Below, piece by piece: positions 36,271-48,870 of a stretch of 64,000 nt of DNA (position 1 is its first letter; each line of letters starts with the position of its first letter). Origin of the DNA: Podarcis bocagei (lineage: Eukaryota); NCBI GenBank assembly GCA_964188305.1, contig OZ076888.1. One strand, given 5' to 3'. The notes beneath the pieces were generated by a model. That model was not told the DNA's origin. It did no database searches and saw nothing but the letters and a program-made list of their open reading frames with translations. The translations under genes were made by a program, and so were the position numbers.

Positions 36271-36993
36271 TACAACTTTGAGCTGAGAGCATCTGAAACT
36301 ACCTAAGAATACACTGCCTCCCTCAAGTTATTTCTTTACAATGCGCCCTCTCTCACACACACACTCACACACTAATGCCAGTCTGCTACTGCTTTCTCCC
36401 CACAGTGCTTTTCGGTTTTGTATTCACTGTGTGCATTTATCCAGCATGGCTCTACTATTAAACTAGAGGCAGACATTTATGAGCATGTGTTACTGCATGA
36501 TTACATTGCACAAGTACAGAAGAGGCTTTGGCTGTAGAATTTAGCATCTTGAGGAGCACAATGGCCATTGTAAAAAGGACGTTTCAGACTTGAAATTCAC
36601 AAAGTAGGCTTGAAAACAAGTCTGGTGAAATCTCAGAAGGATTTCTAGTGGTTTGGGGTGGGGCTTCTCAAGCTTCCTTCTGCAACTGGAAGAGAAGCAA
36701 AATATGCCTGCACCACAAATTTAAAGCTCGTTTCACTTTTTTGTGTAGAACCTAGGAACTCCTGTTCTTTGAGGGAACTGGTTCTAAGCACTTTACATTT
36801 GCAGTATATGTTTTGTCACAGTTGAACTAAAGTGCTGTGTGGCTAAGGAATGTTATTGATCTGAAGCAAACTTGTTGCTTTGTGTGGAAAATGTTCTTGC
36901 TGTCTAGCAACAGGAACTGATCAGCACAGTCACAAGTTTTGAAGTGCTTGGAAAAGGAGTTGGATCTGGGATTTAGACAGTTGGCACTTCCCA

Positions 36994-37030
36994 TAGGTAG
37001 GTAGGTAGGTAGGTAGGTAGGTAGGTAGGT
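36994..37030. repeat. (GGTA)n microsatellite
   Basis: Direct reading. Confidence 0.95.
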
Positions 37031-38327
37031 GGCAGCTCTTGGAAGAACAAGCTTGGTGTATAATGGGTGCCAGAATCAGGGATTGGATTGCCAGCTTACC
37101 TTGTAACATAGCCAGTTTTCAGTACCAGTGGGTGTGTTTACCATCAGAAGAGCATCACACTAATGCTGCCAGGTTTGTTAGATTAGTTAGCTTAACTTAT
37201 AAAAATGCAGTAATCAGTTAAAATGTGCCCCTGATCAATTGGGTAGCAATTTTTTAAATGAAAGAAATAAACTCATTGTGGTTATTTGTACTAATGTTAC
37301 ATATAATACCAGGGGTGGCATGCACTATCTTAGAAGATGCAATAAAACGTAAAACTAAACAATAAAAACCATTTTAACAAGTTAACAAGAGACAAAAGTT
37401 AACCTTTGTTGAAAGGTGTATTATTAATTGCCTGCATAGGCCTGGGAGAATAAAAAAAATCAGCAGGCATTTAAAAGTTGGCACTTAAAAGTTGAGATAC
37501 TTCGTCCTGGATTTGAACTTACACATGAGAAACCCATGTTGTTTGGGAGTCGCGCTATGGTTCCCAAACAAAGCACCATGCTTCTCCTCCTCCAACTATG
37601 CTATCCAGAGTGTTCTGATGATTCTCTAGGTGGGAGCAATTTGCTGTCTGTGAGACTGAAATCCCTTTTCCTGGGGCGCCTGTGGGTTCTCAATGCATGC
37701 TTCCTACTGAATTGACCAGGGAACTGGCTGACTGTTGGGATCGGAATGTCAGCCTTTCCATGTCTGGGCCTGTCTGTTTGCCTAGCAAAAGACAGTACTG
37801 TGAGTAGGATGCAAACTGCTCTCGGGGGGGGGGGGGAGTCTAAAGCTTGTGGCTGTATGTATTTGACTCTACACTCCTCTTAATTGTGCCACAGTACCTG
37901 ATGACGTAGCAGCGACCTAGTGGACGACTAAGGTGTTGTATAAGTAGTGGGAGTGTACAATGATTAGGGCAATGCCATGAAATTGTTCTACCATTGTCAT
38001 GTGTTGATTGGTGCCTTCCATGTGTGAGTAATGTGAGGCATTGGTGCACAATGCTGTGATTGATGAATTGCTGTTGCTGTGCTACCTTTGGTTTCTGTTT
38101 TGTGTTACTCTTTGTGTTACTGTTTTGTTTTCTGCTTTGCTACTGGGAGTATAGAGGATTGTGGATACAACCTTGGTGGCTGACAATTGAGTGATTTCTT
38201 TAATAAGGCTGTTACCCTGACTGCAACCTCTTGTTCCAGTGTTCACAGAATTTTATTCAGAGAATGACTTTGACTCCAGAAACCTGATCTCTAAGGCTCT
38301 CTAAAGCATCTCTAAGGCTCACTACAC

Positions 38328-38572
38328 TAGTGTAGTGTAGTGGTTAAGAGCGGTAGTCTCATAATCTGGGGAACCGGGTTCGCGTCTCCGCTCCTCCACA
38401 TGCAGCTGCTGGATAACCTTGGGTTAGTCACACTTCTTTGAAGTCTCTCAGCCCCACTCACCCCACAGAGTGTTTGTTGTGGGGGAGGAAGGGAAAGGAG
38501 AATGTTAGCCGCTTTGAGACTCCTGAAGGGGAGTGAAAGGCGGGATATCAAATCCAAACTCTTCTTCTTCTT
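38328..38572 (+). mobile_element. tRNA-derived SINE with an L2-like 3' stem-loop and (CTT)n tail
   Basis: A box TAGTGTAGTGG, B-box-like GGTTCGCGTCTCC; ccgctttgag...aaaggcgg; tail cttcttcttctt. Confidence 0.8.
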
Positions 38573-41500
38573 CCAAAAACAATTGTAGACACCGCTCCAA
38601 AAATTGATCCAATAAACAGCCAACACCTTTCCTGCCTTATACCCCTTCACCTCTCAGTGTTTCCCTCTATCTACCCCCAAAAGGGATGCAATGACCTCTT
38701 GAGTATCAAACAGCTGAGGGAGATACAGTGCCCTGTATTTAGGACTACTCATTCTCTGTCTGTTTTGACTCGCAGGCTGCCCTGCTTCTCTATTCTCAAA
38801 TTCAAAAATTCCCCATTCTTCTTTAAACTGGCTGGCAGGTAATCAGCAGAGTCATTATGGGTTTGTGGATTCCTGGAAGGGCTAGGATTTAAACCTCATA
38901 TTGGCTCATAACCAGCTTGTGCTTGTTTTGAGATGATGAGGGGTCTTACATCATGGACTTCTGCCGCTGCAGCAGCATAGGCTGGTGTGATTCAGAGAAC
39001 TCCCTATATAGAGAGCACCTTTTGCCAGACATGATGGCTGACTGTGAAGTGGACAGATAATCCAAACCAGGGCTGCTGTTCCATTATCTGCTTGTCCAGT
39101 CTCATATCCCAATATAGCAACTGGAGTATGGAACCAAATAATGCCTCAATGTGGCTCCAGTAAGCTGTTCCTCTCTGTGACGGACAGCAGAGCCAGACCA
39201 GAGTCTGGTGATGCAGTCCCCCGGAAATTCCACCAGAGTGCTGGAGCCTCTTGCTGATTGACAGCTAGCCACAGAGTCAGCTAGCCACAGAGGGGAGAGG
39301 AGCAGCACTTTGGAGGGAGAATAAAAGGAGCAGTTTCTGAGGGAGAGAGTTAGACAGGGCTTGATTTGAGATGAGAGATAAGGCTTGATTTGAGTTGAGA
39401 GATAGGGCTCAGATTGAGTGGGAGATAGGGAGTGAGATAGGGATTCCAAACTTCCGCCTACTTAAAATAAATCATTTCAAGAGTAATGAATGCCCTGAAT
39501 TTGTAGGAAACCACATACTTTATCAACCCTTTAGATCAAGGCTGGAGAATCTGTGGCTGTTGCTGAACTACCAAGCTATCAACCCTGACCATCAAGCCAT
39601 ACTTTGGCTGGCACTGATGGGACACAAGTCCAACAACATCTGTCCACACATCCCTGCTTTAGATACATAGAATAACCTTCCATGTTCATGACTGGCTAGC
39701 AGCCAGGGCCCTGGTACTGTACCTATAACTTACATATTATGTGACCGTTTCATATTCAAAAGGTCCCTGACGTCATCTTGATAGATGACGATAGCACAGC
39801 ATCAATGGAATAATTACCCTTTGCTTGCTTCAAATGGAGTAACAGAGATAAGAAAATCAATATCTCTGAGTAAATTAGTAGCAAGAGAGTTGTGAAATAC
39901 ACTGCAGCACATCTCCAGGTTTGCTCTGACGGCTTTCTTAAAACACACACACACATAGCTGGGTTGGTGACAATGAAATTGGTATCTTGTGGTGCCTGGA
40001 ACACACAGTCAAAGGGCAGGGCATGTGATAGGTGTAAGGTTGAGTGAGCAAGGATCAGCAGTGAGAAGTAAAAAGGGTCTGGCCCAGGAGAAAAACCTAC
40101 AACCTTCAAATCCAGAGAGAGAGAATAGGAAAAGGGGGAAGATACAGGGGATCTTTTCTATTCTGATGCTGCAGGGAGCCATAAAATAGGTGATGGATAT
40201 CACAGTTATGCTTTGTTTATGAATGTCCCTATGGTATTCATTAGCCACTTTTGTCAGATTGAATGCTGAGCTAGATAAAGCATTGGTGTCACTATTTTGG
40301 AGAAAAATACACACCATAAATTTAGGTTTGTGCAATTAAAGGGACCTGGCACAACAAATTCACTCTAAAAAACAAAACTTCTATGGCTGGGAAAGCAACA
40401 GGAAAATGCATTAAAAAGTGTGAGATGATGACTGATGAGAAGACATATAGGGTGTTATTTAAGTTTTACTCAGAGTAGACCCAATAAAAATAATGAACAT
40501 GGAAAAGTAGGTCCATTAATTCCAATGGGTCTACTCCGCATAAAACTTCATTGAATACCACACATAATTTCCATGCAACCAAAACAGATAGGACGCTCAT
40601 TGTCGTGACCTTCCTACAAACAAATTTGGAAATGTATAACCTCTTTGTAATCTCTGTGCAAGTAAATAAATGTTCAGTAAATACCCTTGGCAGAGTACAT
40701 TAATGAAGATGAAAACAGCTGGGGAGCAAGGTTTTTATTACATGTAGAATAGAAGGAAGAAAGTCAGGAATGTCCAGAGGTTGGAGGCCAAGGGTTTTTG
40801 GGAAACTCCTGCGGTCCACTCTGAGATATGATTTCTTAAGCATGGTTGAAGTGGGCTTTTTCATTTGGTGTTACTGGAATAGGGTCCATTTATCACAGGG
40901 AAAAGAGGCTCCAACAAGAATGATCCTATTCCTACCATTTGAAAAAAGGTAGGGATATATAGGCACATTAGATGTAGCATCTTAGCAGAAGATAGCTGTG
41001 GTAGCTGCTCTGGGAGTTTAGCACAATTAGGCAAACAGTAGAAGTCAAAGGGGTGAAGGGGTCTCTTATCCAAGGCACTTCTATATTTCAGAGACAGAAA
41101 TCCAGTGGTGGTGAAATCCAATGTGTGACAATCTGTGAGCATGATGAAACCTTCAGTTTACATGGTAGCAACGGGGGGTTGATCCTAGTTCCAAGATTTG
41201 TATGGTTAGTGCTGTCACATTCTTATATTTCATGTAAAGTCATGAGACATGAGGGAGTAGTACCCGACAGCACTGGATCCTGTTTCCCTGCTAAGCACGG
41301 GGAATTCGGGCACTCTGCACCCTGACCCTGTTAGAAGTCTTCCATGTGATGTAACTGTTTCTCTTCACAGTTGCCATAGGAATATTTTCCTCCCCTTTTC
41401 CGGCCCAGAGCCAGCTTTTGCAGTAATTACATTTCCTCCATGGTCGACCATTCAGCTGCAGTGCCTGTCTGCAAATTTTTACCCTGGGGTTCTCTTTCAA

Positions 41501-43129
41501 TTCTTTCTCCCATCCAGGGTAGGATTTATCTTGATGTTTCATGCAGAATAAAATATGCCTCCTTCTCTGGAATATGATGGAAACAGGAGGATACAGACCC
41601 TGCCATAAAAGGGGCTAAGAACAGTCTGGAATCTGGTAGCTCTCTCACACACACACACACTATTAGTCTTCTTCAGCAGGAACCTGAATTTGGGTATCTT
41701 TAGGAAGTCTTTGCAGATCACAGAACTATGGTAATATCCAAGTACTTGCCTCCTAAAGATACCAAATATCAAGGTTTGGCCCCAACCTCATATAGAGCCA
41801 CACTGGGTAGATTCACATCTATGATCCACCTGGATTTCAATCCTGGCCTCAGATGATGACCAGCACCTCACTCCAATTTCTGTGAGAGGGCCCTGCTTTC
41901 TGGCCTCTTTTGTTCCATCACTACATAACCTGTTGCAGAACTCTCCAATGTTTCCTATTATTTATGACCAATTGGTGTGTGGGGTGGCTTGCTCAAATAT
42001 GAGGCAATGGCTCAAGAAGATTTCAAGGAACTGAAGCATTAATTAATTCAGGAAGTTACAAGAGTGACATTTATGGGCACAGTGTGTGTAATTTGAGCTA
42101 GGGATTGCCAGGCCTCAGAAATGGACTCATGAGCTCAGCTCTGGATCCCATTGTTGGTGTCAGTATTTAGCTTACATATCTAATAGTAAGAACAAAGAAA
42201 CTTCATCTGAGCAAAAGCAAAGAGAATGTGCCTCTTGCTTTAATCAGCAAAGCCAATGCCCCACATTTAGGAAATACAGGTTAGGGAGTGCAAATATCCA
42301 AAAGACATGAGCCTCAACACATCCATTTTTAAAAAGTAAAAACTGGTTACTGGAGTTATGCTATGCTATAAATGTCACAATGTCCACATCAGGGTCATAT
42401 CTAAAATAAAAAGTTACTAAGAACCATCATTTATAAATATCTGATTAAAAACAGAATGCTATGGAGGAAGAAAAGAATGCAATGGAAGCTTTTGGGGGTG
42501 GTTTCTAAGCTTATGCTTATATAACTTCTGAAATGGGATAATATTAATAATATACCAACAGAGCACCCTAAAGGGTGGATATTCAGTATTACTAAACATT
42601 AATTAAATGTGAGAGGATGAGATCTTATGTATATGGCATAAAAACATATGGACAAACACTACAAACTAAATTAAATCTGCTCCTATAAGGATTATGAATA
42701 ACACTGAATGATCAAGGGCTTCCAGGGCACCTTATGTCAACCACATATTCTGGAATCATAGACCAGGCCAAACCTTTCTGGACCCCCAGAGACCCACCTG
42801 CCAAGTGAAGGAAGAAAATAAACGGGGAAGACCCACAATCTGGCTCCCACGTTTAATCTGAAGGATATACCATTTCTAGCTTCTGGGTCATGAAAGCATG
42901 CGTCCATCCGTTGATGAAGGGTATAGAGCATCCATCAGTACCATGGACATAGGGGGTTATTCCCCCTCTCCCAATAAAGTCTATTGAAGTTTTCTTCTCT
43001 CCATCAGGAAGGCAACGATGAATCTGGAACAAGGAGCAGTCTGTGGGGACTGTATGTGTACAAGGCTTGTCCATCTGGTTGAAGAAGGGTCTGTCCATCC
43101 CTGCCCATCAGCCTACCTTCTTGCATCTC

Positions 43130-43654
43130 TCAGATATCCTTGTGCCCCTGGAAATGTCGTACCAGGCAGTAGAGTCCTGAAATTAGGTAAAAGAAGGCAG
43201 TGATACCTGCAAAGACGGCAGCAGTCAGGTAGGCTTTGTAACTGCAGGGCCACATGTAGCCTGGCAGGTTGCAGTAGCTGAAACTCTGTGCCTTCTGGCT
43301 CAGGATGCCTGCAGCAGCTGCAGAGAGAATAACCCCAAGCAACAGATCGTGCATTAGGTTCGTCATAAGCCAGCGGGTCCCCAGCACCGGCACCAGAGAC
43401 CAGCGGCCCAGCAGGCTGAGCCCAAAGAGCGCCAAGGTGAGCAACCACAACAGGACCGCTGCAAAGACCGCAAAGTAGGTGGCTCCTTCATACTTGTGCG
43501 CTGCTAAAGTCACCCAGCAGACAGCCCCCGTCAGCAGCTGGGCAATGCGCAGCACTCCCAGCAGACTTCTCAAGAAGGGCCTGTTCAGACTCAGAGTCTC
43601 TCTCGACTGCGGGCAAGGCGGTGGAGGGGAGGACGGAGGTGGTGGAAGAGCCAT
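43130..43654 (-). CDS. MARVELD1: MARVEL domain-containing protein 1 (174 aa, intronless CDS)
   Basis: Pro-rich N-terminus, RPFLRSLLGVLRIAQLL, four hydrophobic segments, VPVLGTRWLMTN..HD, SYCNL.GY..PC.Y.A.L.AAV; expected syntenic position. Confidence 0.94.
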   Translation of the reverse strand: MALPPPPSSPPPPCPQSRETLSLNRPFLRSLLGVLRIAQLLTGAVCWVTLAAHKYEGATYFAVFAAVLLWLLTLALFGLSLLGRWSLVPVLGTRWLMTNLMHDLLLGVILSAAAAGILSQKAQSFSYCNLPGYMWPCSYKAYLTAAVFAGITAFFYLISGLYCLVRHFQGHKDI

Positions 43655-45299
43655 GCTGCAAGACTGCGGCCTCCAGGCGCTTCTGTCCCGTCCAGTTCTG
43701 ACTTCTGGAGCCCAGCGAACTTCACCCCCCTCTCAGGCACTTCCTCTGTCTGCAGCTGCCAAACATCTGCAGCTCAATGGACTTTCCTGTGCAGGGGCCT
43801 CTCAGCTTCCCGCCTCTGTCCCTCCCTGTTCCCCCCTTGCCCCTCCTCTTCTCTGGGTGGTTCTTTCTCCATCCTTCTGCTAACTCCTCACTCCTCTCTC
43901 CTTCACGCCCCTGCAGTCCCAAGCCGAGAGCTCTCAAAACACCCATTAAAGCTGGCTGCTTTAGCATCACAGTTTCCTCAGCTACACACTATGTACTGTT
44001 TCAGCCAACAGTTCTTCCTAAGCAGAAAGGTTGCCTCAACATGTGGGCCCTGCAGGCACAGAGTTTTGCCTCTCCCTTGCAGGAGATGGGTTTGGGCACA
44101 TTGGCTGCGTAGGCATCATGCATTTAAAGCACACCATACATTTAAAGCACATTTCCGTCCCCATCCCCCCATAAGGTGATTGGGAACTATAGTTTATCCC
44201 TCACAGAACTACAATTCTCAGGATCCTTACTTCCCATTCTCAGCCAGTTGCCAGGATTCAGAAGGGGGTAAAGTGCTTGAAGTGTATGGCACATACACAG
44301 CCTCAAAACTCTGCATTGTATTGACTCTCCTGGTAGCCCAGATCCTGGCCAGCACCACTAGATGGTGCAAACAAACTCCAGCCTGCTCTTATCTTGGATG
44401 TCAGAACTCAGGTCAATTTTCTTTCTATGTTCTAAAGAGGCAGATGAGACTAGGAAAAAAAACCAGTTGTGTTTCTTTCCACACTTCTTATTTAACTTGT
44501 GAATATAAAAATAAAAAACTGAGGAGGCTTTAAATGGATAAGCTGTTTCCTTATCTGGTGCCTGTGTCTGCAAACTTCACTCTCTGTCTTTAGAGACCTG
44601 GCTTTATTTTAAAACTGCTGTGAGCTGCCCAGAGGACAGGATGAATAGGTGACCAAGATATGTCATACATGAATGAATCAATAAGCCAAGACCTCTCCTA
44701 AACAGGTTCAAACCAGCTTGTCCTCTAGCAGGGTTGAATGTTCCAAAAGGAAGGTTGTCAACTCACATATAAAGGATCCGTTATTGAAATCACTCTAATT
44801 TTGATCTTAGTGGGTCTCTTGACTTTCATAAGATGCTGCAGGCAATGATTTCTGTGTGACATGCAGGATTTTAAGTTTCACAGCACCACTTCTCACATGG
44901 TATTCTCTAGGAAAAAGTTTACATTCCACTCAGTTATTTGTTTTTCAGAAATTCATTTAAATATGTCTTTTTCCACTATCGCACATTTGGAAGCTCTTCC
45001 TTGTGCTGACGCATTCTTCGGCTTGGAACTACAGCAAGATACACACTTGTGCAATTTTCCCATGTGACATTGTATCCTGAGTGGATGCGACTGTCCCTGG
45101 AAAGGGGTGCAGAGGTCTAAATGAAAACAGGGCATTCATTTAACCCGGATCCCTTTTTTCTCTATGGCAAGTTTGCAAAATTACATCTCCGTGTGCGTCT
45201 TCTTGGGGATCAAAGGGCAAGTCAAATCTCATGGCATCTTTCTACATACTTCCCAGGGAACACGGCGGCAAAAATTCATGCCTGAGGGTTCTGGCTTCC

Positions 45300-46700
45300 T
45301 GGCACGCGGCAGGAGCTGGCTGGGGAGCTCGAGCCTTCCCTCTACGTCGACCCTTAGCACGTGTCTGGCTGAGACTACTTTGCGTGGCTCAGTAGAGCGG
45401 AATAGGCACGTTCCCGGGCGTAGCGGGGGGGGGGGCAGGGAGGAGCAGCTCCCCCCCCCCAATCAATAAAAATACCTAGCTAACTTAGGTTCTACCCCCC
45501 CCACACACAAAAATCCTGGCTACGCCCATGGGCACGCTCCAAACCCTTTCTCGCCTGCTGCCTTGCCAGGCAGGCCCGTAATTGCCCTGACAGGCAAAGG
45601 CGAGCAGGTTGCCGAAGTGGTCTGAGAAGCCAGACGTTACGGGGTCAGGCTAGCGATCCTTTCCAGCAGCAAGTCCTATTTTTCAGGTTGTTGTCAGGGA
45701 GGCCGATCGTGCTTCGCTCCCCTGCGGACCTCCACTCCCTGCCCTGCCAGAACCAGATACTCCGTCCTGACCCTTTATTTGCAAAGAGAGAATTCGGCGC
45801 GAGCCACTGAAGGAAAACAAGCAGAAAATAAAGTGGGGCTAGGGAGAGGAGAGGATGAATTAAGCCTCCACGCCGGTGACATGGCAAGATCGGGTTTCTC
45901 AGAGGGCCAATTAACTCTTTGCTGGAATTAGGTTCAGACTAAGGAAAGGCAGACGCCTCTATGCCTGTGGACAAAACACACAAACACACCCCGCCGTCCC
46001 TGTCAGTCAACAACAGCAGGAAAAAGCAACGCCCCTCTTTCTCCTTGCAGGCTAACGCCCTTCCCAGTGACGTCAAGAAGCCGCCTGCCACGCGTTACCA
46101 GCAGGGACAGCGGAGCCCCGCCTCCCCCCCACCCGATTGGCTGCCTTGGGTATCTTCGGAGTTCGGATTTAGAACCTTGGAGTTAAGAGGCAGATGAAGC
46201 CGATTGGCTGAGATGCAGGTTGCCTGCGCTCTTCAATGGACAAAGGAATCTTCGCCGCGTGAGCTTGCGAATGACGGGAATCGGCTTGGGGAGAGGCAAG
46301 GCGAGAGCAGGGGAACCGCCCGCCCTGGCGGGTCTCCAGGAGCCTTCGAGAGACCCGTGGCCTCAAGGACGACAGCAGCCGCCAGGTCTGTGACTTACCT
46401 GTCCGAGGAGCCCGAATCCACTCAGGTCTGGGCACCGGCCTCGATCTGTTGCTGTAAAATGCCAGATTCCCCCGAGTGGGGGAAGGGACGTGGTTCCTCG
46501 CTCGGCTGGAGAGGGAACAATCCTTGCCAGTATCTCGGGCAGCACAAACCAGAATAATTTTTTGCTGGGCTCCTTTTTGTTCCCTTGACATCATGCTTTT
46601 GCTCGAAGAAGTTCAGAACGACTCCGTGGGGAAGGTTAGATGGACAGTGTAACTTGCCCTAGATCTCCCAGGGCCCCGCGTGAATTATTATTTGGGCATA
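45300..46700 (+). promoter_or_regulatory. AVPI1: CpG-rich promoter / 5' region of AVPI1, with a full CRE and two inverted CCAAT boxes
   Basis: TGACGTCA at 46068-46075; ATTGG at 46136-46140 and 46203-46207; CCCCGCC box ~46116; elevated CpG. Confidence 0.7.
45413..45530. mobile_element. hAT-type MITE (opposite orientation to the other two copies)
   Basis: TIR C(C/A)(C/T)GGGCGTAGC; TSD GGCACGTT / GGCACGCT. Confidence 0.75.
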
Positions 46701-47871
46701 ATAATACTGTAATGCAAACGAGCTGAGGGGTGCATACTTGGGAGTTATCCTCCCAACATCCCGGTAAGGTAGCATAGGCTGAGACCCTGGCCCGTTGTCA
46801 CGCAGTTATCTCTTTGCTGAGCACGGAGATTCAATTTTGCGTCTCCCCGTGGTTCAAGTCAACATCAGCTCTCTCTTTCCATCCAGTCCCAATATCGGTT
46901 CCTGCACAGCAACCGGGCTGAGGGACAAATATGCATGCTGCGTATGTATAATGCCATTTTCGGAGCGATATATAAGTGCACCCTTAGCTCCCGGGAACTG
47001 ACGTATTGGCTCGTCTCTTCGGCTCCCGCATGACCATCTCATGGCTTGAACACCATTATTCATTGGGATCATCTGGCAAGCTGGCAAGCGAGGCTCCAGC
47101 TGTGAGGAGTGGACACTGCCGGGTTAGCTTGCATCGTCTAAGCTTTCCAGAGTTAACCTGTAGCTCATATTTGGGCATGTGGGTCATCAGGCTCTCTTTG
47201 GGAATTAACTGCTGTCCCTAGGCTTTCTCTACCATAAGAGACATCAAGGCATGGGAGGCTGCTGGGAGAAGACAAATGCCAGCCCTTCTGCCTGAGTGCA
47301 AGAATGTGAGCTGTTGCCCCATATGGCCCCACCCTGGCACTCGTCCCAGCTTCTGTGGAATTTCCGTGCATGCAAACCGGCTTTTAGCCTGGAGCTGTTT
47401 TCTGGTATGTAGCTCCTCCCAACTTGAACACACCTGTACTGAGCAAGCAGAGGCCTGGCTTAATACTCTGCTGCCAGAGAATTAAACCACCATCTGGATG
47501 GTGTTGGGGGAGCTCAGAGGCTTGCTTAGAAAAATGGAGGTGCTCTCTTTCTGATGGCCTACACATCCCCCAAGGGCCAGGAGTCAGCTGCAGAATAGGA
47601 ATCCCAATTCCTTCAGTGGGGAAGGAACCAGTTTTGTTCTGTAGGAGGTGGCGGCAGATAAGTTGGGTTGGCAAAAAGGATGGATGCCTTGAGGCATGGC
47701 TGTGGAAAGGTTGTGTCTAGGCAGGCATAGGTGCTAGGCTGGCATAGGTGAAGTTGAGGGTGGCCGGGGAATAGCAGTGGCTGGCAGGATTAGTCATTCT
47801 GCTGTTTCACCCTATTTCCTCTCTCTTTCACAGAACCACCTTCAGCTACAGAGTGGAGGGACCCTAGCATC

Positions 47872-48194
47872 ATGGGAACCCCAGCCTCTATTGCCTGTGA
47901 CTTGCCACAGCATCAGACCCCCAAGGCCTGCACTCGCAAGAGAGCATCTGCCAACATCTTTCAGGGGGTGGGGCTGTTGCAGTTGCGCCGCCTCTTCCAC
48001 AGCAGTGGGGATGCCCAAGCCGAGGAGAGGGCCCAGCTGGTCTGGGAATGTGCAGGGAGCCGGTGCATTGCTCACGCCTTGCAACAGCTCCGAAGGAGGC
48101 AGAGAAAGCTGAGGCTGAGATCACACCTGAGACCTCCTTCAGAAATGAGTGGTGCCACCAGACTCCTAGAGCTTCAACACTTCAGCCGCTTACG
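47872..48194 (+). CDS. AVPI1: Arginine vasopressin-induced protein 1, coding exon 1 (exon acceptor ends at 47833)
   Basis: MGTPASI...RKRASANIFQGV.LLQLRRLF.SSGD.QAEERAQLVWECAG...QHFSRLR; donor CG|gtatgg. Confidence 0.92.
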
Positions 48195-48554
48195 GTATGG
48201 TCTCCATGTTCATGCCACCCTGCTTCTACAGCTCTTGCACTCACCATCTAACAATAAAACCACAAAGATCCCCTCTCCCCTGCTGTTTCTCCAACAGCAG
48301 GTTGTAGGCCAGCGATGGCCCTTCAAATCTCATTGGAGTCTTAACTTCCATTTGTCTTAGCTAGCATGGCCAATGGTAAGAGATAACGGGTTTTCTTCAG
48401 CAACATCTGGAGGACTTCAGGTTCTCAACTCCTGGAGTAAGCAGAATATCTCTACCTAAAACCAGTAACTTCCTACCTACCCACCTTTACAGATGTATTC
48501 TATAAATTGCTGGTTTGTATACTTTTGACCAGCTGCTGTACTTCAGGTCAGGTC

Positions 48555-48870
48555 ACATTCACACCATAAAGCCCTATTAAATATTAAAATTCTTTCCACC
48601 TATTAAAATTATTTCCACCAAAGAATTCTGGGAGTTGTAGTTTAAGGATGCTGAGAGTTGTTAGAGGTCCCTGTTCCCTTTACAGAACTATAGTTTTCAG
48701 GAGTTCCCTGTGACAAGGGATTGCTTGTTAAACTGCTCTGGGGGAAACACAGGGATTTCCTTACAACTCTCAGCATCCTTAGTAAAGTGTAGTTCCTATA
48801 ATTTTTTGGGGGGAAGACATGACTGTTTACATTTAAAGCACTATGATTCCACTTTATAGTGTGAATTCAG
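48555..48870. repeat. Long fold-back (MITE-like) repeat in the AVPI1 intron
   Basis: attcacac...gtgtgaat termini; internal aaggatgctgagagttg / caactctcagcatcctt inverted pair. Confidence 0.55.
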
